From contig CAVVHE010000004.1 in assembly GCA_963748015.1 (NCBI GenBank), forward strand, positions 128,001 to 192,000: a stretch of 64,000 nt of DNA, written 5' to 3'. This DNA is from Terriglobia bacterium. GTDB taxonomy: Bacteria > Acidobacteriota > Polarisedimenticolia > Polarisedimenticolales > JAIQFR01. Positions 28,908 to 38,565 of this stretch are shown here, piece by piece. Numbering within the stretch: position 1 is the stretch's first letter; each line of letters begins with the position of its first letter. The translations under genes were made by a program, and so were the position numbers. The notes below the pieces were generated by a model that ran no database searches, was not told where the DNA came from, and was given only the letters and a program-made list of their open reading frames with translations.

Positions 28908-31382
28908 ATGAGCCCCACCCCGAAGCGAGCGGGCCCCAAGGACCCCCGAGAGCTCTCGCCCGACCGGCTGCGCTGGCGGTGCGACCCGTCGAAGTTCCGC
29001 TTCGAGACGACCGACGAGATCGGGGACGGTCCGATCAACATCATCGGCCAGCCGAGGGCGATGGAGGCGTTGAAGCTCGGGCTCGCGATCCGGAGCGCGA
29101 ACTACAACATCTTCGTGGCCGGAGAGGTGGGAACCGGGCGGTCCACGGCGGTGAAGCGCCAGCTCGCCGCGGTGGAGCGGGGCGACAAGGCCCCCGACGA
29201 CCTGGTCTACGTCCACAACTTCAAGGACCCGGACCAGCCCCGTCTTCTGACGTTTCCCGGCGGCTGCGGCCGGGCTTTCCGGAAGGCGATGGACGACCTC
29301 GTCGAAGGGCTGAGGAAGCAGATCCCCGAGCTCTTCGACTCGGACGTCTATCGCAAGAAGCGCTCCGAGAAGATCGAGGCCGCCAAGGAAGTCCAGAAGG
29401 AGCGCCTCAAGGAGTTCGAGAAGAAAGTGCAGGACGACGGCTTCGCCCTCGTCCAGGTCCAGCTCGGGCCGGTGGTGCGCCCCGACCTGATGCCGGTCGT
29501 CGCCGGCAACCCGGTTGCGATGAGCCAGCTGGAGTCGCTGGTGGAGGAGGAGAAGTTCCAGCGCCGGGAGTTCGAGCGGCTGAAGGCGAAGTACGTCAAG
29601 CTCGGCGAGACGATGGAGAGCGTGACCAAGGAGTTCCGCGATCTCGAGCGCGACCTGCGGCGCCAGCTGATCGAGCTCGACCGGGAGCTCGCGGGCCCAC
29701 TGGTCCGCGCCGTGACGGCGGACGTGAAGCAGGAGTTCGGCGGAGAAAAGGTCGTGGCGTTCGTCGAGGAGGCGACCGATCACATCCTCGACCACCTCGA
29801 CCTGTTCCGCGAGAGCGAGGAGCAGCCGTCGGCCGGGGCCGAGCGGGACCGCGCGCGGGCGGAGATCCGCGAGCGGATGCTGCCGTACGCGGTGAACGTC
29901 CTCGTGGACAATTCGGAGACCAAGGGCCGGCCGATCATCTGGGAGACGTCTCCCACCTACAGGAACCTGTTCGGCACGATCGAGCGGGCCCGGGACGCGT
30001 CCGGGGAGTGGAGCACCGACCATACGCGGGTGAAGTCGGGGAGCCTCGCCCGCGCCCGCGGCGGATTTCTCGTATTGGACGCCCTGGACGTGCTGGCGGA
30101 GGGGGGAGTCTGGCCCGCGCTGAAGCGAACGCTGAGGAACCAGGCGATCGAGATCCAGTCGTTCGATCCGTTCAACTTCTTCTCGAACGTCTCCATCAAG
30201 CCCGCCGCCATTCCCCTCGACGTCAAGGTGATCCTGATCGGCACGCGCCAGATCTACCGCCTGCTCCACGCCCTCGACGAGGACTTCAAGAAGATCTTCG
30301 AGGTCAAGGCGGACTTCGCCCTCGAGACGCCCAGGAGCGCGGAAGAGCTGCGCAACTACGCCGCCTTCGTTCGGAAGAAGTGCCAGGACGACCGGCTCCC
30401 TCCGTTCCACCGCGACGCCGTGGCGGTCGTCGTGGAGCACGGGGTCCGCCTCGCCGGCCGGCAGGAGAAGATCTCGACGCGCTTCAACGAGGTGGCCGAC
30501 GTGATCCGGGAGTCCGGCTACTGGGCGAGGCAGGAGAAGGCGAAGCGGGTCGAGGCGCGCCACGCGGACCAGGCCATCGCCCAGCGCAGCCGCCGCCTCG
30601 ATCTCGTGCAGGAGGTCCTGCGCGAGCGGTTCGCCGACGGGACCTTCCTCGTGGACCTCGCGGGGGCGAAGGTCGGGCAGGTCAACGGGCTCGTCATCCT
30701 CGACGTCGGCGATTTCGCGTTCGGCCAGCCGTCGAGGATCACCGCCTCCACCGCGATGGGGCGCGCCGGGATCATCGACATCGCGCGCGAGGCCGAGATG
30801 GCGGGGGCGATCCACACGAAGGGGGTCCTGATCCTGGCGGGTTTCCTGCGCTCGCGGTTCGCGCAGGACAAGCCGCTGGCCCTGTCGGCGAGCCTCTGCT
30901 TCGAGCAGAGCTACGACGAGGTGGACGGCGACTCCGCGTCGTCGGCCGAGCTCTACGCGCTGCTGTCGAGCCTGGCGGCGGTCCCGCTGCACCAGGCCAT
31001 CGCGGTCACCGGCTCGGTGAACCAGGCAGGCGAGATCCAGCCGATCGGCGGCGTCAACGAGAAGATCGAGGGGTTCTTCGACCTCTGCAGGCTAGCGGGG
31101 CTCACGGGCGAGCAGGGCGTCATGATCCCGTCGCGCAACGTGTCGCAGCTGATGCTGCGGAAGGACGTCGTCGAAGAGGTCGAGAAGGGGAAGTTCCACG
31201 TCTGGGCGGTCTCCACCATCGAGGAGGGGATGGAGATCCTGACCGGAATCCCGGCGGGGGAGCGGACGAAGGGCGGCGCCTGGCCGACCGACTCGATCTT
31301 CGGCCGGGTGGACGCGCGCCTTTCGGAGCTCGCGAGGAAGGTCCGGGAGTTCGGCCCCGCCGATCTGCCTTCGGGAGGGTGA
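28908..31382 (+). CDS. Lon-family protease, LonC-like (AAA-like domain with coiled-coil insertion + S16 protease domain)
   Basis: IIGQPRA, GEVGTGRST (degenerate Walker A), GGFLVL, FEQSY..VDGDSAS (catalytic Ser), GGVNEKIEG (Lys); AGGAGG RBS. Confidence 0.9.
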   Translation: MSPTPKRAGPKDPRELSPDRLRWRCDPSKFRFETTDEIGDGPINIIGQPRAMEALKLGLAIRSANYNIFVAGEVGTGRSTAVKRQLAAVERGDKAPDDLVYVHNFKDPDQPRLLTFPGGCGRAFRKAMDDLVEGLRKQIPELFDSDVYRKKRSEKIEAAKEVQKERLKEFEKKVQDDGFALVQVQLGPVVRPDLMPVVAGNPVAMSQLESLVEEEKFQRREFERLKAKYVKLGETMESVTKEFRDLERDLRRQLIELDRELAGPLVRAVTADVKQEFGGEKVVAFVEEATDHILDHLDLFRESEEQPSAGAERDRARAEIRERMLPYAVNVLVDNSETKGRPIIWETSPTYRNLFGTIERARDASGEWSTDHTRVKSGSLARARGGFLVLDALDVLAEGGVWPALKRTLRNQAIEIQSFDPFNFFSNVSIKPAAIPLDVKVILIGTRQIYRLLHALDEDFKKIFEVKADFALETPRSAEELRNYAAFVRKKCQDDRLPPFHRDAVAVVVEHGVRLAGRQEKISTRFNEVADVIRESGYWARQEKAKRVEARHADQAIAQRSRRLDLVQEVLRERFADGTFLVDLAGAKVGQVNGLVILDVGDFAFGQPSRITASTAMGRAGIIDIAREAEMAGAIHTKGVLILAGFLRSRFAQDKPLALSASLCFEQSYDEVDGDSASSAELYALLSSLAAVPLHQAIAVTGSVNQAGEIQPIGGVNEKIEGFFDLCRLAGLTGEQGVMIPSRNVSQLMLRKDVVEEVEKGKFHVWAVSTIEEGMEILTGIPAGERTKGGAWPTDSIFGRVDARLSELARKVREFGPADLPSGG

Positions 31383-31388
31383 GCCCGC

Positions 31389-32807
31389 CTACGGCTGCAG
31401 CTGCTTCAGGATCGCGGGGTCCTTCTCCTCCTGCGCCAGGAGCGTGTGGCAGGTGGAGCAGTCCTGCGAAATCGCTTCGCCGAGAGTGGTCTTGTGCTCG
31501 TCGTCGTGGCACCGGAAGCAGCCCGGCGTGTTCTGGTGGCCGATGTGGTTGGCGTAGGTGCCCCAGCCGATCTTCATGCTCGGCCACACGTTGATGCAGT
31601 AGATCTTCCCCAGCTCCTCGGCCGCCGCGGTGATCACGTCGCGCCGCGCGGCAGCGAGCTCGGGGTAGCTCTTGGCGTAGAAGGACAGGACCTGCTCGCG
31701 GATCTTGGCGCGCGCGTCCTCGTGCGAGGCGTACATCCCCTGCAGCGCCTTCAGCCCCTCCCGCCGTATGAACGGGAGCGACCGGTCTATCAACTGCTGC
31801 GCAAGCGCCGAGTCGAGCTCGTCCTGCGGCATGCGGTAGATGTGGCTGGGCCGGTTGTGGCAGTCGACGCAGTCCATGGTGCGCCACGCCGCATCGCCCG
31901 CCTGACGCTTCGCCGCCTCGCCCCCGGTCCGGAAGGTCTTGACCGTTCCGTCCGGCATGGTCATCTCGACCTCGTAGATGTTCTCCCGCTTCTCGTCGGA
32001 GAGGTAGCGGATCTTGGTCGCGGGATCGACGTGCCAGTGGATCCCCTTCGAGACCCGGCCCTGCACGCCGCCGACGCGGAGGAGGAGCACGTTCTTGATC
32101 TCGGTGTTGGCCTCGTCCTCCTCGTAGTGGGTCAGGACCTTGAGCCGGTCGCCGACGAACTTGGTCGGCCAGTGGCACTGCTCGCAGGTCTCCCGGGCCG
32201 GGCGGAGGTTGTGGACGGGCACCGGGATCGGCTTCGGATACAGGTCGAAGGTCACCGCGACGAGCTGCCACGAGCCGGAGAGCTTCGATTTCACGAACCA
32301 GTTGGCCCCGGGGCCGATGTGGCAGGAGACGCACCCGACCCGGGCGTGGGGCGAGCGCTGGAAGTTGGCGTACTCGGGCTCCATGACGCTGTGGCAGGTT
32401 TGCCCGCAGAACGGCGTCGAGTCCATGACCTCGATCCCCTTGTATCCCGCGACACCGAGGATCACGACGTTGAGCGTCGTCAGTCCCAGGAACAGGAGGA
32501 AGCTGCCGCGGGTCCGCGGGTCGTTCAGGTCGAACACCGGCAGCGCGCGGCGGGTCTCTCCCCGATCGGCGGCCTTCCGCGCGCGGCGGCGCTCGAGCCA
32601 GAGCCCCGAGGGAATCAGGACGAGCCCGAAAGCGAACAGGCCCGGGAGCACGAGGAAGCTCAGGATCCCGCCGTAGGGACCGGCCTCGACGATGCCGCTC
32701 GCTTCGAACGCGAACATCGCCAGGAAGAGGATGGACGAGGCCGTGGCGAGGGTGGCCCCGACCAGGCTCATCAGGTTCCGGCTGATCGCCGCGAAGAAAC
32801 TCCTCAT
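31389..32807 (-). CDS. Membrane-anchored multiheme c-type cytochrome (NapC/NirT-like N-terminus), six heme motifs
   Basis: Three N-terminal TMs; CGQTCH, CVSCH, CEQCH, CVDCH, CFRCH, CSTCH. Confidence 0.88.
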   Translation of the reverse strand: MRSFFAAISRNLMSLVGATLATASSILFLAMFAFEASGIVEAGPYGGILSFLVLPGLFAFGLVLIPSGLWLERRRARKAADRGETRRALPVFDLNDPRTRGSFLLFLGLTTLNVVILGVAGYKGIEVMDSTPFCGQTCHSVMEPEYANFQRSPHARVGCVSCHIGPGANWFVKSKLSGSWQLVAVTFDLYPKPIPVPVHNLRPARETCEQCHWPTKFVGDRLKVLTHYEEDEANTEIKNVLLLRVGGVQGRVSKGIHWHVDPATKIRYLSDEKRENIYEVEMTMPDGTVKTFRTGGEAAKRQAGDAAWRTMDCVDCHNRPSHIYRMPQDELDSALAQQLIDRSLPFIRREGLKALQGMYASHEDARAKIREQVLSFYAKSYPELAAARRDVITAAAEELGKIYCINVWPSMKIGWGTYANHIGHQNTPGCFRCHDDEHKTTLGEAISQDCSTCHTLLAQEEKDPAILKQLQP

Positions 32808-33007
32808 GGGCTCCCTCTTCCCGAGCGTCGGCGACGGGTGCCGGTCCCGGGGCGAGCATCATAACAAAGCGGGCCTCCGAAGACCCGCTCGGGAGTCCGG
32901 GACGCCGGGCGAGCGCCGCTCGCCGGCGCTTGCCGCGCCGCCGCGCGTCGTGATCTAATGGCGCGCCGCGACACGCCGCGAAACCACGTCGTTTCAAGGA
33001 GAGGAAG

Positions 33008-34036
33008 ATGGCGATTCGGATCGGCATCATGGGCTTCGGCCGGATCGGCAGGAACGTGTTCCGGATCCTCTACCCGCAGGACGACATCGAGATCGTCGCC
33101 ATCGCGGACATCGCCGACCCGAAGGGGCTCGAGTACCTGCTCAAGTTCGACACCGTGCACGGACGGTTCGACGAGCCGGTCTGGGTGACGGGGGACTCGA
33201 TGTACGCCAAGGGGCGCCAGATCCGGATGCTCCAGCGCAAGGCGCCCGGGGACGTGGACTGGGGCGCCATGGGCGTCGACATCGTCATCGAGGCGACCGG
33301 TCAGTACCGGACCCGCGCCGCGCTGCAGAAGCACCTCGACACCGGCGCCAAGCGCGTGATCCTCACCGTCCCGCCCCGCGACGAGATCGACGCGCTCGTG
33401 GTCATGGGGGTGAACGAGCACGTCCTGACCCCCGCGACGCGGATCGTCAGCAACGCCTCGTGCACCGCCAATGCCCTCGCCCCGATCTGCAAGGTCCTGA
33501 ACGACGCCTTCGGGATCGAGAGGGCGTTCATGACCACCGTGCACGCCTACACGAACGACCAGCGGCTGGCGGACGTGCCGCACACGGAGCTCAGGCGCTC
33601 CCGCGCGGCGGCCGAGAACATCATCCCGGCCACCACGTGGTCGCCGCAGGCGGTCGAGAGGATCCTCCCCGAGCTCGAGGGACGGCTCGACGGCATGGCG
33701 CTCAACGTCCCCGTTCCCGACGGCTCGATCGTCGACCTCGTCGCGCTCATGAAGCGGACGGTGACCGTCGAAGAGGTCAACGAGGTGGTCAGGTCCGCGG
33801 CCGCGACCAAGTACAAGAGCATCATCGAGTACGTGGACCAGCCGATCGTCTCCTCGGACGTCATCGGCAACGCGCACTCCGCGATCTTCGACGGCCTGTC
33901 CACCCTGGTCCTCGGCGGCAACCTCCTGAAGACGATGACCTGGTACGACAACGGCTGGGGGTACGCGACGCGCGTGGTGGAGCTGGTCCTGCGCCTCGCC
34001 AAGTTCAACGATCTCGCGGCGCCGGCGGGGAGGTGA
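33008..34036 (+). CDS. Type I GAPDH-family protein, divergent paralog
   Basis: GFGRIGR, FDTVHG, SNASCTANAL, TTVHAYTNDQ, WYDNGWGY. Confidence 0.9.
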   Translation: MAIRIGIMGFGRIGRNVFRILYPQDDIEIVAIADIADPKGLEYLLKFDTVHGRFDEPVWVTGDSMYAKGRQIRMLQRKAPGDVDWGAMGVDIVIEATGQYRTRAALQKHLDTGAKRVILTVPPRDEIDALVVMGVNEHVLTPATRIVSNASCTANALAPICKVLNDAFGIERAFMTTVHAYTNDQRLADVPHTELRRSRAAAENIIPATTWSPQAVERILPELEGRLDGMALNVPVPDGSIVDLVALMKRTVTVEEVNEVVRSAAATKYKSIIEYVDQPIVSSDVIGNAHSAIFDGLSTLVLGGNLLKTMTWYDNGWGYATRVVELVLRLAKFNDLAAPAGR

Positions 34037-35055
34037 TGGCCATGACGACGCGCAAGCCGAAGGTGGCGATCAACGGTTTCGGGCGGATCGGCCGCGCCGT
34101 GTTCCGGATCCTGAGCAAGCGGGACGACGTGGAGGTCGTGGCTATGAACGACATCACGAGCAACGACGCGCTCGCCTACCTGCTCCGCTTCGACACCGTC
34201 TACGGCCCGTACGAGGGGAAGGTGACCCTTCACGACGACCGCATGCAGGCCGGGACGCAGGACGTCCTGATGCTCGAGGAGAAGGAGCCGGCGAAGCTCC
34301 CGTGGAAGAGCCTCGGCGTGGACGTCGTCGTGGAGGCCACCGGCAGGTTCAGGAAGCGCGAGCAGATCGCGCAGCATCTCGAAGGCGGCGCCAAGCGCGT
34401 GATCCTCACGGTCCCGTCGAAGGACGAGATCGACGCGACGGTCGTCATCGGCGTGAACGACGGGGACCTCAAGCCCGAGCACCGGATCATCTCGAACGCC
34501 TCGTGCACCACCAACTGCCTTGCCCCTGTCGCGAAGGTACTGCAGGACAAGTTCGGGATCGTGAAGGGTTACATCACGACCGTCCACGCCTACACGAACG
34601 ACCAGCGCCTCGCCGACGTCCCGCACAGCGACCTCCGGCGCTCCCGCGCCGCCGCGGAGAACATCATCCCGACCACCACGGGCGCCGCCCGGGCGGTGGG
34701 GAAGGTCCTCCCGGCGCTCAAGGGGAAGCTGGACGGGATCGCGATGCGCGTTCCGGTCCCCGACGGCTCCACCGTGGATCTCGTGGCCGAGCTCGAGCGC
34801 GAGGCCACCGTCGAGTCGCTGAACGCGGCGATGAAGGCCGCCTCGGAGACGGCGCCGCTCAAGGGGATCCTCGAGTACACCGAGGAGCCGATCGTCTCCT
34901 CGGACATCATCCAGAACGGCTCGTCGGCGATCTTCGACGCCAAGTGCACCCGCGTCCTCGGCGGCAACTTCGTCAAGGTGATCGCCTGGTACGACAACGA
35001 GTGGGGATACAGCTGCCGCGTCGTGGATCTGATCCACAAGCTCGCGGCGCTGTAG
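34036..35055 (+). CDS. gap: Glyceraldehyde-3-phosphate dehydrogenase (canonical)
   Basis: INGFGRIGR, SNASCTTNCLAP, IIPTTTGAA, AMRVP, WYDNEWGY; TGATG overlap with the previous gene. Confidence 0.95.
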   Translation: MAMTTRKPKVAINGFGRIGRAVFRILSKRDDVEVVAMNDITSNDALAYLLRFDTVYGPYEGKVTLHDDRMQAGTQDVLMLEEKEPAKLPWKSLGVDVVVEATGRFRKREQIAQHLEGGAKRVILTVPSKDEIDATVVIGVNDGDLKPEHRIISNASCTTNCLAPVAKVLQDKFGIVKGYITTVHAYTNDQRLADVPHSDLRRSRAAAENIIPTTTGAARAVGKVLPALKGKLDGIAMRVPVPDGSTVDLVAELEREATVESLNAAMKAASETAPLKGILEYTEEPIVSSDIIQNGSSAIFDAKCTRVLGGNFVKVIAWYDNEWGYSCRVVDLIHKLAAL

Positions 35056-35110
35056 CGGCTACCGTTCCCGGCGCGGGCCGTTCCTCGAACGGCGATACGA
35101 ACCGGAAGCC

Positions 35111-35195
35111 CGCCGGACGGGCCGGATCGGAGTGGGTTCGGAGACGGCCCTTTTCCGGGCCGGCGAGAACGCACTCCGATCCGGCCCGTCCGGCG
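35111..35195. repeat. Long inverted repeat between convergent gap and proS
   Basis: 24-bp perfect arms at 35111-35134 and 35172-35195, plus inner CGGCCC/GGGCCG stem. Confidence 0.9.
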
Positions 35196-35206
35196 CACCA
35201 ACCGGG

Positions 35207-36688
35207 TCAGTAGGCCTTCGCGAAGTGCACCCGCCGGGGGGAGGGCTCCCCGCAGCGGACGCACACGCCCTTCTCCCCGGGCTGGCCGAACGCGAGGCAG
35301 CGGACCGTCGCCTTCGTCTCTTCCTGGATCGCGGTCTCGCACTCCGCGCTCCCGCACCAGTGGGACAGCAGGAAGCCGCCGGGGGAGTCGATCTTCTCCT
35401 TGAAGGTCTCCCAGCCGTCCACCGGGAACGTCGCCGCGTCGCGGCGCGCGCGGGCCGCCTCGAACATCTCCCTCTGGACCTCCTCGAGCAGCGCGGGAAT
35501 GCGCGTCTCGAGATCGGCCATCGGCACGAAGGCCTTGGCGCGGTTCGGGCGCTTGACGGCCACGACCGATCCCTTCTCGAGGTCCTTCGGCCCCAGCTCG
35601 ATCCGCAAGGGGACCCCGAGCATCTCCCACTCGTTGAACTTGAAGCCGGGGGAGAGGTTGTCCCGCTCGTCGAGCTTGACGGCGAGACCGGCCTTGGCCA
35701 GGCGGTCCCGCACCTCGCGCGCCGCTCCGAGGATCCGGTCCACCGGGTCGGACGCTTTCCAGATCGGCACCACCGCGACCTGGACGGGGGCGAGGCGCGG
35801 CGGTAGGACCAGGCCGTTGTCGTCGCCGTGCGCCATGACGACCGCGCCGACGAGGCGGGTCGAGACCCCCCATGAGGTGTTCCACGCGTGCTGCCAGTCG
35901 CCGGCCTCGGTCTGGAACTTGAGCTCGAACGCCTTCGCGAAATTCTGCCCGAGGTCGTGGGAAGTGCCGCACTGGAGCGCCTTGTTGTCCTGCATCAGCG
36001 CCTCGATGCAGTAGGTCTTGAGCGCCCCGGCGAACTTCTCCTTGTCGGTCTTGACCCCCTTGAGGACGGGGACCGCCATGTACTCCTCGGCGAACGTCGC
36101 GTACACGTCGAGCATCCGGAGGGTCTCCTCCTCGGCCTCCTCGTGCGTGGCGTGCGCGGTGTGCCCCTCCTGCCAGAGGAACTCGGTCGTGCGGAGGAAC
36201 AGGCGCGTTCGCATCTCCCAGCGGACGATGTTGGCCCACTGGTTGATCAGGAGGGGAAGATCCCGGTACGACTGCACCCACTTCGCGAACATCGCGTAGA
36301 TGATCGTCTCCGAGGTCGGCCGGACCACCAGCTCTTCCTCGAGGGCGCTCTCCGGGTCGGGGATGACCGTGAGCTTCCCGTCCACCTCCGCGGTCTTGAG
36401 GCGCGTGTGGGTGACGATCGCGCACTCCTTGGCGAACCCCTCGACGTGCGCGGCCTCCCTCGCCAGGAACGACTTCGGGATGAACAGGGGGAAGTAGGCG
36501 TTCTGGTGGCCGGTGTCCTTGAACATCCGGTCGAGCACGCGCTGCATGTTCTCCCAGAGCGCGTAACCGTGCGGCCGGATCACCATGCACCCCTTGACGG
36601 GAGAGTAGTCCGCAAGGCGAGCCTGCGTGACGACGTCGGTGTACCAGCGGGAGTAGTCCTCGGCGCGGGGGGTGATGAGCTTGGCCAT
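35207..36688 (-). CDS. proS: Proline--tRNA ligase (archaeal/eukaryote-like type, no INS editing domain)
   Basis: [54 protein letters not shown]-terminal Cys-containing domain ending FAKAY. Confidence 0.96.
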   Translation of the reverse strand: MAKLITPRAEDYSRWYTDVVTQARLADYSPVKGCMVIRPHGYALWENMQRVLDRMFKDTGHQNAYFPLFIPKSFLAREAAHVEGFAKECAIVTHTRLKTAEVDGKLTVIPDPESALEEELVVRPTSETIIYAMFAKWVQSYRDLPLLINQWANIVRWEMRTRLFLRTTEFLWQEGHTAHATHEEAEEETLRMLDVYATFAEEYMAVPVLKGVKTDKEKFAGALKTYCIEALMQDNKALQCGTSHDLGQNFAKAFELKFQTEAGDWQHAWNTSWGVSTRLVGAVVMAHGDDNGLVLPPRLAPVQVAVVPIWKASDPVDRILGAAREVRDRLAKAGLAVKLDERDNLSPGFKFNEWEMLGVPLRIELGPKDLEKGSVVAVKRPNRAKAFVPMADLETRIPALLEEVQREMFEAARARRDAATFPVDGWETFKEKIDSPGGFLLSHWCGSAECETAIQEETKATVRCLAFGQPGEKGVCVRCGEPSPRRVHFAKAY

Positions 36689-36726
36689 GTGGTCCTCGTT
36701 CGCGTTGCGATTCGCGCGAAGCGGGG

Positions 36727-36732
36727 ATTATA
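36727..36732 (-). promoter_or_regulatory. -10 element of proS
   Basis: TATAAT on the minus strand, about 40 nt upstream of the proS ATG. Confidence 0.55.
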
Positions 36733-36764
36733 CGGTCCGGCTCGCCTTCGCGGCCAGGGTAGTC

Positions 36765-36941
36765 CGCCCGAGCCGCAAGCTCACCGTCGAGTTCGAGCCT
36801 GAGCGGCCCTCTCTTCGCGCGGCCGTCTCTTCCCTGGACGGCCGCGCGAAGAGCGGAGCAAGGGGGCGCGGCGACGTTTGCCGCGCAACCCCGCAGCGTG
36901 CCGCGAAGGCCGAACTCGACGGTGAGCTTGCGGCTCGGGCG
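36765..36941. repeat. 177-bp MITE/REP-like structured element
   Basis: 31-bp perfect terminal IR (36765-36795 / 36911-36941), inner 17-bp IR (36811-36827 / 36837-36853) and a GCGCGGC/GCCGCGC stem. Confidence 0.85.
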
Positions 36942-37703
36942 CTAAGGCGTGCGACGGACCTTGCCGGTCATCGGGACGAAGCGGACGGCGGTCACGGTCT
37001 CGCGCACGATCCCGCGATCCGTCTTCGTCACCACCACGAGGTCCTGCACCCCCGCGCCGAGGGGAAGCACGAGGCGGCCCCCGGGCTTGAGCTGGTCGAG
37101 GAGCGGCTGCGGGATGCGCTCCGGCGCAGCGGTGAGCATGATCGCGTCGAACGGGGCGGCCTCGGGCCAGCCGTCGTAGCCGTCGCCGATCCGGACGCGG
37201 ATGTTGCGATAGCCGAGATCGGCAAGGAGCTTCTCGGCGCGGCGTCCGAGGGGCTCGACGATCTCGATCGAGTAGACCTCTCCCACGCACTCCGCGAGGA
37301 CCGCCGCCTGGTACCCCGACCCCGTTCCCACCTCCAGCACCTTCATCGTTCGCTGCGGCCGGATCAGCTCGGTCATCAGCGCGACGATGTAGGGCTGCGA
37401 GATCGTCTGCTCGTGGCCGATCGGGAGCGGCCCGTCGTAATAGGCGATCTCGATCTCGTCCGCGGGGACGAACCGGTGGCGCGGAACGGCTCGCAGGGCG
37501 GCGAGGACGGCCGGGTCCCTCACGCCTCGCGCCGCGATCTGGGATTCGACCATCTCGAGCCGCGCGACCCGCTCGCGGTCGTCGGCGGGCGGAGGCTCCT
37601 CGCGGCCGTCTCCTCCCCCGATCGCGCATGCGGCGCCGGCGCCGGCCAGGCCGACGAGCGCCGCGAAGCTCAGCACCGCCGCTCTCCGCGCCACGGAGGC
37701 CAC
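36942..37703 (-). CDS. pcm: Protein-L-isoaspartate O-methyltransferase with N-terminal signal-like segment
   Basis: VPRHRFV, QTISQPYIVALM, VLEVGTGSGYQAA, GDGYDGW..AAPFDAI, VRFVPM. Confidence 0.93.
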   Translation of the reverse strand: MASVARRAAVLSFAALVGLAGAGAACAIGGGDGREEPPPADDRERVARLEMVESQIAARGVRDPAVLAALRAVPRHRFVPADEIEIAYYDGPLPIGHEQTISQPYIVALMTELIRPQRTMKVLEVGTGSGYQAAVLAECVGEVYSIEIVEPLGRRAEKLLADLGYRNIRVRIGDGYDGWPEAAPFDAIMLTAAPERIPQPLLDQLKPGGRLVLPLGAGVQDLVVVTKTDRGIVRETVTAVRFVPMTGKVRRTP

Positions 37704-37848
37704 CTCCTCCTCCCCCGCATGAGCTCTCCTTCTTGCCTCGACCGTAACCGGTGCGCTCCGACCCTGTCAAGGCCACCGCCGCCGCTCTAGGCTAGAATCC
37801 GGCCGTCGTCGGTTCTCGTGAGACGGGCTCGGCCCGTGGGAGGACGGC

Positions 37849-38514
37849 ATGCGAGAGTTGTCGGTGCGGATGGCGCCGGGATACGCGGCGCGGACGGGTC
37901 TGCTTTTCCTCATCCTGGCCGCGGGTGGCTGCGGGCCCGGCCGTAGGGCGGCAGGTGAGGCGATCTTCCCGTACATCGACGCCGTCCAGGCGTCGAACTA
38001 CGATCTGATCCGGTGCCTCTACGCGGGGCCCCAGCCCCGGGGAGGGACGGCCGCGGCCGACACGGACTTCAACGCGTGGGTGGACGGCCGCCTCGCCGCC
38101 TTCGAGAAGGGCAAGACCCGCGGGCAGGTGGATCTCGAGAGCGACGGCATCACGATGGTCAAGGCATTCGGCCTGGGGACCGGCACCCTTCTGGGCATCG
38201 CGTCGGTCGAGTCGAAGGGGGGCGATCTCGAGGTCCTGACCCCCGCGACCTTCAACTACGACGAGATCGACGCGCCGAGCCTTCCCGACAAGGCAACCTT
38301 CCTCGTGGCGGTGCTGCCGCTGGGCACCGTCACCACCGTCCAGATCAAGGAGGGGTCGGGCCGGATGTCGCTCGACGTTCTCAAGAACCTGACGTTTCGC
38401 TGGACGCTCAAGCGTGTCGAGCGGAAGGGGACTTGCCGCTCCGACTGGGGAGTGGCGTCGGTCGCGGCGGTCCCCGAGTCGGCGAAGACCGTCCGCGTGG
38501 AGTGGAAGTTCTGA
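37849..38514 (+). CDS. Hypothetical lipoprotein
   Basis: GGAGG RBS, TAGAAT at 37793, hydrophobic stretch ending LAAGGC, typical codon usage. Confidence 0.7.
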   Translation: MRELSVRMAPGYAARTGLLFLILAAGGCGPGRRAAGEAIFPYIDAVQASNYDLIRCLYAGPQPRGGTAAADTDFNAWVDGRLAAFEKGKTRGQVDLESDGITMVKAFGLGTGTLLGIASVESKGGDLEVLTPATFNYDEIDAPSLPDKATFLVAVLPLGTVTTVQIKEGSGRMSLDVLKNLTFRWTLKRVERKGTCRSDWGVASVAAVPESAKTVRVEWKF

Positions 38515-38565
38515 TGGGACCGACCGACCGCCCCGCGCGGGGCATCGCCGCCGGAATGAGCGCGA

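Noticed and set aside
36689..36941. T-box/attenuator upstream of proS
   Set aside because: No T-box consensus seen, and the structured element lies upstream of the proS -10 box.
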